A stretch of DNA of 64,000 nucleotides from Octopus sinensis (taxonomy: Eukaryota). Positions within the stretch are counted from its first letter, which is position 1. Each line of letters begins with the position of its first letter. The notes beneath the pieces were generated by a model. The model was not told the DNA's origin. It ran no database searches and worked only from the letters and a program-made list of their open reading frames with translations. The translations under genes and the position numbers were made by a program. Of the stretch, positions 38,858-51,268 are shown in pieces. The DNA lies in assembly GCF_006345805.1 (NCBI RefSeq), contig NC_043007.1, positions 76,074,001 to 76,138,000 on the forward strand, written 5' to 3'.

Positions 38858-39010
38858 AGTTCGCCCTTCTCCAATCCGTGGAATACTGGAAACACGCCGC
38901 TGCTAACGTGGCATTCGGCAAAAATCGGAAATATTCGGCAAGCTTTAAATACAAGTTCGCTCGATTCCGTAGCTTGATTCAACGCCGAACACAGTATTCG
39001 TACGTTTTCT
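38858..39010. promoter_or_regulatory. CpG-enriched putative bidirectional promoter / 5' UTR region between TMED10 and MRPL33
   Basis: Dense CpGs against a CpG-poor background, directly upstream of the TMED10 ATG. A possible plus-strand donor GTACGT at 39000-39005 could end a non-coding MRPL33 exon 1. Confidence 0.5.
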
Positions 39011-40049
39011 ATGTATTCACTTCTTAATATGTGAAAGCTGATTCGAAAATAATATGCATTTTATTTCAGCTTATTGACTGAAATTATAATTAAGTAATTA
39101 ATCCTTGTTTAATTCTTATTTTTGAGAAAAATATTTTAAAAGTTTCTTCAAAATAATTTTCAGACTATATATTTTTAATCATATTTACTGCTGTATGACC
39201 ATACGTTGATACGGTGATATCCGCTGGAAGGTTAGTCAATAACAAATATTGAATTTTTTTTGCATTTATTATTAATTTTATCTTATTTTGATTAGATATT
39301 GTTCATATTGAATTTATCATTGATGGATTACATATTTTAAATAACTTGTGACCATATGTATATCCTTCATCTTCAACGCCCTTCTTGATTGGGGGTCCTT
39401 GAGAAATGTGTCTTCCTCGACAAGGTTCTAACTTTCATTCAAAACTTCATGAGCTTGGGAACCAAACGACATTTCTTATTTTATTCTCAGAGCAGAACCA
39501 GTACCAAAAATTTTCTAACCGTAGCCACACAAAACAAAATATCTCAGCTACACAAACGTGAACGGAATTATTATTTAACCTTAAAATACATCGCTCATAT
39601 TCAAAGAACTTTCGTGGTTTAGTGGTACGGAACTTGTTTCTGGTATTCTTTTAATTGTTTCACTCATTTGACGGTGGCCATGCTGGAGCACCACCCTTTA
39701 GTCGAAGAAATTGACCACTGGATTTATTCCTTGTAAGCCTGATGCTTATTCCAGCAGTCTCTTCTGCTGAACAGCTAAATTACAGGGACGCAAACACACC
39801 AACATCGGTTGTCAAGCAATGATGGTGGTGGGGCAAACACGGACACAAACACACACACGCATACATACATACATACATATGACGGGCTTGGAGGTGGTGG
39901 TGTGCTGGCTGGTGCGATTTTGTGGTTTGCTGGTATGCTGAGAGAGATCCAGTGGGACCCCTAACTGGGTCCCCGATCTTAAATGTGTAATGATGGAGCG
40001 GCTGGTGTGGTGGTGATGCTAGCTGGTGCGGTGTCTTCCTCACACTACT

Positions 40050-40660
40050 TCTTAGTAGACAATATTTTGTGTGTATGTCACAGCACGTTTTTGGCCTTGT
40101 CTGTTATCCCAATTGCGTGTCATATCTCTTACTTTGATATTGTTCATAGCTCATGCTCTTGAAAATGCGATATATAATTGGCCATGAGAAAATACCGGCT
40201 GAGGCAAATGTATTCCAACTTTTGCAAATGTTTGCCCTTGAGCTATATTGTCGTTGAATATGCAAATCGAAGTAGAAACTGAACTCTGTTTATTGTAAAT
40301 GGAATATTTGCATCACTTGGGCTAAGTTTAATTCTGGGAATTAGAACTGTACGACCTCTGTTGGAGTCTGTTTCCAATGATGCCTCTACACAATGTTCAT
40401 GAAGTTTTTGCACCTTCATGAAAATTCCATTACATAATCCTTGACTGATCGAAAGATTTCTTAGCAGCATTACAATAGCCCCTACTTTTAAGTTGAGACA
40501 ATGAAGAGGCATACTGGATGGAGTGAGTGAGTTTATAAATTCAAATGGATAGTTCTGAACCTCCTCTTCATTATTGCAGGACACTGAATCTGTGCTTAGG
40601 TACGTTTTAAGTGCCTTTGGTATAATATTAAGAACTTTTTCATTTATTGCAAGACAGAAT
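40050..40660 (-). mobile_element. Helitron helicase C-terminal remnant
   Basis: YPFEFINSLTPSSMPLHCLNLKVGAIVMLLRNL...GLCNG...LIPRIKLSPSD..IPF, then frameshifted NKAQGQTF..VG..FSHGQLYIAFSR. Confidence 0.85.
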
Positions 40661-40894
40661 TTTTAGGAGATAAAATTACTCATTTTTTCAATTTCTTCTG
40701 GCGTGTGGTTGTTGAAAATTTCTGGGTACAAATGTACAAATTGAAATGCAAAAGAATGAAATAATAAATGGATTTATGAATGAAAGTTTGGTAAATGTGT
40801 TTATTTCCACCACGTGACACTTATTATTGCAAACATGTTTTAACTAACCTATACTATACACACACACAAACACATTCATATACTTATATGTCTC

Positions 40895-41470
40895 GAGTTG
40901 TTGCTGTAATTCAAAGGGGCCAGCCTTGTCATATTCCGTGTGAGGCTGAATCTCCCTGAGAACTACGTTAATGTTATGCATGTCTGTGGAGTATTCAGCC
41001 ATTTGTGAGTTAATTTTATCCTCGTGTGGTAATGAAAAGTGAAATTGACAGCCAATATTTGCTGTCTATGTATCTATGAACTTTTCTTTATCTACTGTCT
41101 CTCTCACTTTCACTTCCTTTGTGTCACTCTTCTCGCCCGCTTTTCATTTAACAATGTGTATATGTATCTACTTCTCTTGCGATGTGATAAACATCTAAAA
41201 ACACAAAACGAATGCCATCACCACTCACTGTCTCTCTTTCTTTCTATCTTACATCCTCTCAAAACAAATGCCATCACCACTCACTCTCTCTCTCTTTCTC
41301 TCTCACTTTCACTCTCTTATGTCCTCTCTGAAATATTTAAAAACACAAAACGAATGCCATCACCACTCACTGTATCTCTCACTCTCTCTCTTTTTCTCTT
41401 ACTTCCTCTCTGTCGCTTTACCACTTCAAAGAAATAAGTGTGACGCACACAACAGGTATGTACGTACCTG
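40895..41470 (+). repeat. Composite repeat (SINE family 3 body + CT-rich tracts), homologous to 59150-59660 in reverse
   Basis: Collinear similarity over ~500 bp, from aattcaaaggggccagccttgtcata to cacttcaaagaa..gtgtgac..acaggta(tg)tacgtac. Confidence 0.7.
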
Positions 41471-42800
41471 TTCTCAAGGAGATTCAGCCTCACATGAGTA
41501 ATTTTATCTCCTAAGAATTCTGTGGCTGTCTTGCAATAATTGAAAAAGTTAGCATATTAATATTATTGATGATGCTGCTTACTAGTGCGTGGAGCCCTTT
41601 CAGCAGGAATATTAAATCCATGACAAAATCCTGTTGTTTATCACATCTGAATGTAGTCATTTTGGTTTCGATTCCTAGTCAGTGAGTTGGTGTTTGGGAC
41701 GCTGGCAATATTTCTGCTATACCCTTTTATTGTCCTTTGTTTATGGATTTGTATCTTTTATTGGCATTCCTGTTATGCCCTTTTATTTTTATATTGTTTG
41801 ATTAATTGAACTGATTTTATAGTGCAGTTGATGAACAATTGTATTGTTGGTATTAACTTTTCAATGAGCCAATCATTGATTTACTGCATTTCTGATGGTG
41901 AGAGTGACAAGGGAGTAACTCATTGCAGAACAAATACCCCAGGAAAGCGTTTTTATTTGTTTTTTGACTTTCTTAGCAATGTGTTTGTGTGCATACCCCT
42001 GCACATGCACACACACACACTCTCACACACCAGGTATCCACAGTTTTTGGTTTATCAACCCATGCTAGCATGGAAAATGGACGTTAAATGATGATGATAC
42101 TCTTAAAGTATTGCTCAACTCCCTCCTAGCAACGATTTTCTGGCTCAGAACTGAATTTTTGCTTCAGTTTTGATAATGTAACATAGAAGTTGTACAATTT
42201 CCATTGAAAAAAGCAACCTTAGACATACCTTCATTACTACTATTCAAAAGTTTTGTAAGACCCCCAAAATTATTGTTATTTTGTCTTATTACAATAATTA
42301 CACACTCCTCTAAAACCCACCAGTAGGCAGAGACCCAACATTTAAAATATGTCAGTAAATTGATATTTTTTTAATCCTTACTATTCACTAACAAAAATAT
42401 TCATGCAATATCAACTCTGATAATTCCATTTCTTGTTTAGAATCAATAAATCCTGATATCATTTAGATAGCTGATATGTGCAATGGGCACTTAAACATCA
42501 CTCTTTTTTTTATCTAATTAAATCATTATCAGATAGGTGATAATGAACAAATCATTAATCATTGTCAGCAACTTCTAACTCACTGTTTGAATTGTAATTT
42601 ATAATTTGGTGACAGTTACACATATTTTGTGATATAGAATTTTAAAAGGGAAAATTGAATAAAGTAACTCCATGAATCTTTTCCAATGTAATTGCTCTAG
42701 CTTCAACAAGTTGTCTTAGGTCAAAATGCTTGCTAGGCAAATACAAATTCCAAAATATCTCTCTTTATTTACAGGAAAATCCATGCTGTTTTGATTTGAA

Positions 42801-42826
42801 ATGCATCGATTTGTTAAAAGTGGAAA
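42801..42826 (+). CDS. MRPL33: MRPL33 first coding segment: MHRFVKSG(K), within exon 42775-42826
   Basis: tctctttatttacag acceptor (42773-42774), GTAAGT donor at 42827; phase 2 fits the next exon; basic N-terminus as in mitochondrial L33. Confidence 0.7.
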
Positions 42827-43134
42827 GTAAGTACAATATTTTTTTATATTGTTGTATTGAGCATTGTAGAATAAGTGGTAATCAGACCACCACAGACCTA
42901 GTTTTAAGGTGAAATCCTCTCACTTTTCTGATATGTCATTTTGCAATGCATTAAATACCACAAATGTTCATTTTCCTTCCTATATAACTTGGATTATGCT
43001 TGTGTTCTTTATTTTACAGAAAAAGTATTTCTAGTTTAGCTAGATGTTGGGCAAAACCTGAGAAAATATACTTAAGCTATTGTCATTATGTGTCATACAT
43101 TGGTAAATGTGTTGCTCTAGATTATTAAAAAAAT

Positions 43135-43500
43135 CACATGTAGGTGTATTTAAGAAGCTTGTTTCCCAACCATGTGGTTTTGGGTTCAATCCCACTGTGC
43201 AGTACTTTGTGCATGCGTCTTTTACTGTAGTCAAAGCCTTGTGAGTGGATCTGGTCAACAGAAACTGAAAGAAGCCTGTCTATATATATGTGTGTCTTTG
43301 TGTTTTTCCCCACCACCACTTGACAACTGGTGCTGGTTTGTTTACATCCCTGTGACTTAGTGGTTCAGAAAATGAGACTGATAGAATAAGTACCAGACTT
43401 TAGAAAAAATAAGTACTGGAGTTGATTTGTTTCATTAAAACCCTTCAAGGTGGTGCCCAAGCATGGCTGCAGTCCAATGACTGAAACAAACAATAAAAAT
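43135..43500 (+). mobile_element. SINE family 2 (degenerate)
   Basis: ccaaccatgtggttttgggttcaatcccactg head; gatagaataagtacc...gcatggctgcagtccaatgactgaaac tail. Confidence 0.75.
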
Positions 43501-45163
43501 AGTTATGTACAACATTCCTAAAATATTAGTTATTGTTAATGATTTTAGTTTTTATGTAAGCATAATCACAAATGTTGGCTGAACACTTTAGCATTCAGAT
43601 TACTCATTAAAGTGCAATGCCTATTCACATTGTTTTGAATTAATCGTGCATTATAGCTTTGAGATTTCAGTTATGTGAGTGTTTATTTTTAGAATGTCAT
43701 TGTAGGGTAGATATGAAGGGACTCGATCTAGTCAGTTTGAACATAAAATGGGTTGAATATTTTGAGCCAGATATGGTCAATTTGAGTGTGAAGGAGTTTA
43801 ACTTAATCACATACGGCAATATTCTTGGTTTGGCATAACTACCAATTTAACAATAGTCAGGGCTTAGAAGAAAGAATTTACCAAAGGTTTAAAGTTAATA
43901 TTGATCTTTTGCTGAAACTCATTAAAGAATAATTTATTAATTTATTGACATCTTAAGCATCATATTATAACTGCATAATCATCATCATTTTTCATCATCA
44001 CTTTTCCATGCTTGCTTGGGTCTAATAGACTGTTGATGCAGATTCTCTATGGCTGGATGCTCTTTCTGTCACCAACACCTACCTGTTTCCATATTTCCCT
44101 ATGACCAGACATGTTTTTCATAAAAGATTTGAAATGAACAACATTACTTGTATGATGATGCTTGTTTAGAAACAATTACATTATGCCAAGACAGGAGTAC
44201 ACACACACACACGCACACATATCTCTGATGGGTTTCTTTCAGTTTTTATTTACCAAATCCACTCACAAAGCTTTGTTGAGCTTAGGCTTTAGTAGGAGGC
44301 ACTTGCTTGAGGTACTGCACAGTAGGATTGAATCAAGACCACATGGTTTTGAAGCTATATTTTTAACCAAATAACCATGCCTGCTCTTGTGTTTTGGTTT
44401 TCATATTTCATTTCTGAGGTTTATCAAGACAAATTTCAATCTGAGTACAATGCTGCAGCATAAGATAATAAATACTGCTGTATTCTATTCTAACCAGGCA
44501 TTCATTAGGTATTTGAAATTTAGTTTCTTACTTTAAGAGTGAGTTGTATGTTTTTCATCATACACTTTTGATAATATACATCATAACTCTTCAGTTGAAA
44601 AGACATGTTCACTCAGATATTAAAATCGTTACCATATTTCATATTCTCTCCCTCCCGTCACTAAATTACTAAACCAGGTTTTCAAAAATTATCTTAATCA
44701 TTTAAACAAATTTATTGTTACTAAGAATAATTATCATGGTGTCTTATTTATCTGTGCAATTCTATAAATTTGTTATAATTCTGTCAATACATGTGTCAAA
44801 TATTGAAATACATTATAACAAAGAGTCTTTGTGGAATATGCACAAAATCACTGAACACTAAGAACACAAAAACAGAAATTTTCAAATACACAGGATGATC
44901 CCTATTGGTATTAGATAGTTTCTGTTATCTGTGTAACCTAATTAGAATTGGGGGATGTTCCAAATGTATATAGTAACCAGAAAAAGTACAGGCTGGAGAA
45001 GGTTCTAAGATCTATTACTGCTGTTAGTGAAAAAAAAAAGGCCTCTCTCTCAGAGTGAAAAACAGACTGTATGAAACTTATGTATGAACTGCAATGCTAC
45101 GAAGTAAGGGGACATGGACCCTGAATGCAGAAAACTTGCATAGACTAGAAAGAAATGAAACAT

Positions 45164-45556
45164 GCGCAGGAATGGCTGTGTGGTAAGTAGCTTGCTAACC
45201 AACCACATGGTTCCGGGTTCAGTCCCACTGCGTGGCATCTTGGGCAAGTGTCTTCTGCTATAGCCCTGGGCCGATCAATGCCTTGTGAGTGGATTTGGTA
45301 GACAGAAACTGAAAGAAGCCTGTCGTATATATATATGTATGTGTGTGTTTGTGTGTCCGTGTTTGTCCCCCTAGCATTGCTTGACAACCGATGCTGGTGT
45401 GTTTACGTCCCCGTCACTTAGCGGTTCGGCAAAAGAGACCGATAGAATAAGTACTGGGCTTACAAAGAATAAGTCCTGGGGTCGATTTGCTCGACTAAAG
45501 GCGGTGCTCCAGCATGGCCGCAGTCAAATGACTGAAACAAGTAAAAGAGTAAAGAG
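45164..45556 (+). mobile_element. SINE family 2, full length and young
   Basis: gcgcaggaatggctgtgtggtaagtagc...ggttccgggttcagtccc head; tail ...gactgaaacaagtaaaagagtaaagag. Confidence 0.9.
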
Positions 45557-46452
45557 AGAGTATGCATGCTCTGCTGGAAGTACAGTGTCAGTATATATGG
45601 TAGCAGAGTATAAATGCGTTGAGAGAAAATCTAGATATAAGAGGAATCAGATGTAGTGTGCGTAAATGAAAACCTCATTGTTATGAGCATGTGGTGCATG
45701 TGGAGGTCAACTTAAAACGGGGCTTATATCTTTATGCAGATGAGGCTTGTGAAAGAGGAAGATCTAGGGGATGTGGAACAAAAGTTTGAAGGTTGACCAC
45801 TGGATGTTAAACCTCATGGAGAAGATCTCTGAAGATCTATCTCTTTAAAAGCATTATGCATATACACACAACTAGGTCCTGTGTCCAATTTGTTCTTTCC
45901 AAGCTTTCTCAAACACTGTAAAACAATTTTGATTTTTTTTTGTCTTTGGTCAGTAAGTATTATTTTCTATTTGCTTTTATCTAGACCTGCTTCCTTTTGA
46001 CATCCATTTCTCATTCTTAACACAGTCTCATATCTATTGTCAACTGCCCCCCCCCCCCTGTTTACATTTCACTATATTCACCCCTGTCACTATACATCTC
46101 ACTTTCTCTCCACCCTATACTATTTCAACCTTTACTCACCCCCACCACTGTCATTTCTCCATTCATATCCTATCTACAGTTATATTATCATTGTTCTACT
46201 GTTTTTCACCTTTTGTGCACTGCCACCACCACCACCACCACACTGCCTCCCCCTTTCCTTTGAACCACTTCTGTTGACATCCAGCCTTCTTATCACATTC
46301 TTCCAAATCATATTTGCCATCAATCACCTTCTCGACTTTTGTTCATCATTCACTACATTTTCCCCAACTCCCATCTTTTGCTGTTTTGTTGCAATTTTAT
46401 TGCAGTTTGTTCAAAGTAATTTGTGACATATGTATTTTCTATATTTTGCAAG

Positions 46453-46559
46453 AGTGCTGTTAGTCCTCATGGAGAGCTGTGCAGGTACGGGACACAAATT
46501 TGCTGCTGTCCGGTTAAAATCTGCAGATAAGGCTGCAATGATCCGTTTTGATCCATGGG
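46453..46559 (+). CDS. MRPL33: MRPL33 middle coding exon: VLLVLMESCAGTGHKFAAVRLKSADKAAMIRFDPW
   Basis: ttttgcaag acceptor, GTGAGT donor at 46560; 107 nt; ES.AGTG...(R/H)(F/Y)DP signature of ribosomal protein L33. Confidence 0.92.
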
Positions 46560-46837
46560 GTGAGTACAATCCGTTATTTTGCTATTTTGGTGCTACTGAA
46601 GTTATTAAGCATCAATGATGCCAATACAACAGAAAATGTTCTGCAAATGATTATTTTTGTACATTGCATGAAATTTAAGGTGACTGACATTTTGAATTGA
46701 ATACTTATAACTGCTGAACCTTTTCAGAAGCATAACTCTGCTTGCTTCAGTTTAATTGGCTGATAGCATGCTGCATTCCTTTATCATGATTAAATGTTGA
46801 CAGTTGGAAGGACATATAATAATTACTTCTGAAGTAT

Positions 46838-47079
46838 GGCCTCCATGCCGGTGGCACGTAAAAAGCACCATCCAATTGTGGCCGTTTGCCAGCCTCGTCT
46901 GGCACGTAAAAAGCACCCACTACACTCACGGAGTGGTTGGGATTAGGAAGGGCATCCAGCCGTAGAAACATTGCCAGATCAGACAGGGCCTGGTGCAGCC
47001 TTCTGGCTTCCCAGACCCAATTTGAACCGTCCAACCCATACTAGCATGGAAAGCGGACGTTAAACGATGATGATGATGA
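46838..47079 (+). mobile_element. SINE family 1
   Basis: Two internal units, the 3' module and a (gat)n tail. Confidence 0.85.
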
Positions 47080-47711
47080 AAATTGAAAGGAAAGATACTA
47101 TTCCACTTATGTTAATACGGAAAATAATATTACAAAGTCCTGATTTATGTAGTATATTTTCATCATAAAACCAACAAACTCATTTGATGAATATGATGTT
47201 TGCATTTAAGGACTTTTAATCCTTGTCTTGAAGACATCAATTTGTTGAATCTTTTGCTGAGATTTTACTTGCCTTCTTTACCTGATTTTCTCTGTTAAAC
47301 CAGGGATGCAATGACATACAATATGAATCAGTGTGTCTGATCTCAGTTCTTCAATAATGTTAGTAGGCAACTTATTCTGAAGTCTCTATCTTTGAGCAGT
47401 AATGACTGCACTGCATAAAACTTTGCTTTACATTTGAAGCTTAACCTTCTCACATCCATCATTAACTCAATCTTGTTTATTCTGGTTTGATATGATTAAT
47501 GATACCAAGGACATTAAATTTATTTTAGCAAAATTAATACTGAAAGTTAATTTTTCCAAGCCACACCAGCATGAAGACCTGAAAGAAAAATGATGATCAT
47601 GATAACTGATTATTTCAGTGTCCAAATTAATTTATAATTCATACCTTTCCTCTTATGCATACCTATCCCCTTATGCATACCTTTCCTTCTTGTGACACAA
47701 ACCCTACCTGT

Positions 47712-48154
47712 GAAGACCTGTTGAGGCAAGTGAAAATCGAAATCGTTCAACATCAATGGAAATTGTAGCTGTGATACCAGTGCCAGTGGCATGTAAGAGA
47801 ACCATCCGAACGTTGCCAGTGCTGCCCCGACTGGCCTCCGTGCCGGTGGCATGTAAAAAGCAAAATCCGATTGTGACTGTTGCCAGCATCATCTGGACCC
47901 GTGCTGGTGGCACGTAAAAAGCACCATCCGATCGTGGCCATTTGCCAGCCTCGTCTGGCACGTGTGCAGGTGGCACGTAAAAAGCACCCACTACACTCAC
48001 GGAGTCATTGGCGTTAGGAAGGGCATCCAGCTGTAGAAACACTGCCAGATCAAACAGGGCCTGGCGCAGCCTTCTGGCTTCCCAGACCCCAGTTGAACCG
48101 TCCAACCCATGCTAGCATGGAAAACGGACGTTAAACGATGATGATAATGATGAT
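47712..48154 (+). mobile_element. SINE family 1, long copy
   Basis: gaagacctgttgaggcaagtgaaaatcg start, about four units, (gat)n tail. Confidence 0.85.
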
Positions 48155-48912
48155 AGTTATTTATTCTTCCACGTGATTTTCCTTTATTTTCTCAACAGAG
48201 AAAGGAAAGTGCAAGAGTGAGCAGATTAAACTGAAAATAGGTTAGAGTAAGTGGTGGCTGGAATCATGAATGTTTTAAGAAAAATGCCTTACTGTATTTC
48301 ATTTGGTTTGCTGCATTTTGAGTTCAGGCCCTGCCGGGGTCAACTTTGCTTTTATCTCTCCAGTGCTGATAAAATAAAGAACCTGTCAAGTACTGCGATC
48401 AATGGTATTGACTAATCACCTCTCTTCAAAATTACTGGCTTTGTGTTTAAAATAGAAACCCATTAATTTTCTCAGGGTTCCCATTGACATTCCTTCTAAT
48501 TGTTATTCTGTCATCATCATTTGATGTCTGTTTTCTATGCTGGCATTGTTTGGATGGTTTGACAGGAGCTGACAAACCAGAGAGCTGCACCAGGTTCCAC
48601 TTCTCTGTTTTAATAAGGTTTCTATAACCTGATGGCCTTCCTAACCACTTTACAGAGTCTACAGGGTGCTTTTTATATGGATCCAGCACAGGAGCTTTTT
48701 ATGTGGCACCAGCAAGGGTGCTTTTTACGTGGCACCACTGACTTTCTCTCTCTCTCTCTCCCTCGTTACTACTTCAAACACTTCATCCTTCCACTTACTT
48801 TCATTTTACTTCTATGTCACTTATTCTCCGTTTGTTTTTTGATGGTTTTTTACTTCCACACTCTCCCTCAAATGTGGTGGATATTAGTGCATATATTTTC
48901 TTTCTTTTTCAG

Positions 48913-48962
48913 TTCAGCAAAGAGTACTTTACAAAGAGAAAAAGAAGCTGAAAACATTGTAA
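48913..48962 (+). CDS. MRPL33: MRPL33 last coding exon: (V)QQRVLYKEKKKLKTL*
   Basis: tttctttttcag acceptor (48911-48912), phase 1, TAA at 48960-48962. The spliced CDS is 26+107+50 = 183 nt, i.e. 60 aa. Not in the ORF track. Confidence 0.92.
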
Positions 48963-48987
48963 TAATTTTACCTGTATTAAATGTCTA

Positions 48988-48993
48988 AATAAA
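48988..48993 (+). promoter_or_regulatory. Polyadenylation signal for MRPL33 (AATAAA)
   Basis: AATAAA 26 nt after the stop codon, followed by a T/GT-rich tract; a second AATAAA lies at 49077-49082. Confidence 0.55.
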
Positions 48994-49789
48994 CTTTTTG
49001 TATGTTTTTCCAATATTTAAAATCTTACTTTCATATACTTAATTTTTTGAAGAACGTTTTCATTATCTAAAATACTAATAAAGCAAATTTCTAACTTTAC
49101 ATTTTAAACTGGTTTTCAACACTGAATGGAAGTATAGAATTAAGGTTTGTTTTCTACAGGTATCTCATCTCTTTTAGATGTTAGAAAAGAGTACTTGAAA
49201 GATCTGCTGTCTTTTGGCTGCTGAACGATGAGAAACCTCACAATACCTAAAAGTTAATTTAGATTTATGTTAGCTGATTGTAAATTCACCATGCATGCCA
49301 GAATGAAAATGAGCAATATTGGGGAAGGCACCACTATATACATGTATCAGCAATCATGCTGTGATGTATGAGAATCTATTGAAATAACTGAAATAAACTA
49401 TTACTGCTCAGTCTGTATAGAATAGTTTCAGTGATGCTCTATAATGATTTTTGTTACAGGGAAGGAAAAAATAATAAACCTGTGAATATACTACAACACC
49501 TATCATTTGAGTAGGCAGGAAATGTAATTATATGGTAGATAAGAATGGTGTTGAGAAGGGAAGATGTGAGCTTTTATGGTTATAAGTGACATAAAAGTTG
49601 TTAATGTAAACAAAGAAGAGTGTAGAGAATCTGTTTTAGTTCTGAACTGGTAAAGGGAAAGTTGGATTGAGCTCACTGTACATGTAGTCATCTGCTACAA
49701 AGTTTTAACTCAGCAGGAGTGATTGTTTGCAAATACAAGAAGACTTTTCAGATGGTTCTTGTATCAAATATGAAGTGTTTGCTTGCAGT

Positions 49790-50125
49790 GTTCAGGGTTT
49801 AGTCCCACTGCGTGGCACCTTGGGCAAGTGTCTTCTACTATAGCCTTGGGCCGACCAAAGCCTTGTGAGTGGATTTGGTAGACGGAAACTGAAAGAAGCC
49901 CGTCGTATATATGTATATATATGTGTGTCTGTGATTGTCCCCATAGCATTGCTTGACAACCGATGCTGGTGTGTTTATGTCCCTGTTACTTAGCGGTTCG
50001 GCAAAAGAGACCGATAGAATAAGTACTGGGCTTACAAAAGAATAAGTCCTGGGGTCGAGTTGCTCGATTAAAGGCAGTGCTCCAGCATGGCCGCAGTCAA
50101 ATGACTGAAACAAGTAAAAGAGTAA
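49790..50125 (+). mobile_element. SINE family 2 (5'-clipped)
   Basis: Near-identical to 45164-45556 from gggtttagtcccactgcgtggcacc onward. Confidence 0.88.
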
Positions 50126-50959
50126 GTGTTAACAATTTTGCTTGTGCTGAAGTTTTTCAGCAGCTAAACCACTACTGCTATCTAAGAAATGTTTACAGAG
50201 AGCCTGACTTGTAAATCTTGATCTATGAACGAAAGAAATTGAAGTTTGTAGGGCAATCACTTTAAAAATGTTGCTTGGGTCAGGGAAATATTTTTTTTGT
50301 TTACTTGCTGCAGAGAAGAAACTGCTCCTTCTCCAAACTCAACACAGATGCTCCAAGACATGAGCCAGGAGGGTGTATTAGAGGATCCTCACTGTGGGAA
50401 GCACTGGGGAAGTTTGATTTAACAAGAGAAATGATGAGAGGAGAAATGAGTGATTTGGAAATGCTTGTGTACAAGTAACTTCAGCCTGACCATCTCCAAG
50501 GAGATGAGGCCTGTATAGTAATGGTACTAAAAACAGAGATACCTGCATGCTTGTGGTGCAGAAGCTAGAGTATGCTTATGAGTGATTTTATGTCAGTTTG
50601 GTAGTTTTTATATGTCAGGATACACTCTTATGCTTGTAGCAACACCACTTCTTATCTGAGAGCAGTATTCCATTGTGGGTCTCATTGCAGCTATGTAGAA
50701 TACCACCATTTGTTGATGGCTGAAGTGACTGGAGGATGAGATTAATAACTGGCTTTGTATTGTCAGTTAAGGGCAATAACTAATTTTCTTTGGTGATGGC
50801 TCCATTTTCTGCCATTGCTACATAAATTGGGGACCAAGCAATGTTCTGATAAACTAAAATCAAATTCTTGGGTTCAATGTAATATCTCATTAACTCCAGG
50901 TGGCAGTTGCAAATAGTGAAACTTGCTGAATTGTTGATAGTTTTTTTTCTTAAGTTCAG

Positions 50960-51195
50960 TCTGAAAGAAAGCTGTCATATATATTTATGTGTGTGTGTGT
51001 GTGTCTGTGTTTGTACCCCTACCATCACTTGACAATCGATGTTGCTATGTTTATGTCCCCGTAACTTAGCGGTTCGGCAAAAGACACTGATAGATTATTA
51101 GGCTTACAAAGAATAAATCTTGGTGCTGATTTGTTCGACCAAAGGCGGTGCCCCAATATAGCTGCAGTCACATGACTGCAAAAGTAAAACAATAA
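50960..51195 (+). mobile_element. SINE family 2, 3' half
   Basis: cttgacaatcgatgttgc...gtaacttagcggttcggcaaaagac...gactgcaaaagtaaaac. Confidence 0.75.
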
Positions 51196-51268
51196 AAAAC
51201 TATGCCATTTTAATTGCAAGCAATGCCGGGTATCTCTGCTAGTATACACTCACACACACGCATATATA

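Noticed and set aside
49160-49224. Possible alternative last exon for MRPL33 (ttttctacag|GT ATC...TGA, GISSLLDVRKEYLKDLLSFGC*)
   Set aside because: The acceptor and phase fit, but the peptide has no L33 similarity and lies beyond two polyA signals; it cannot be supported without RNA data.
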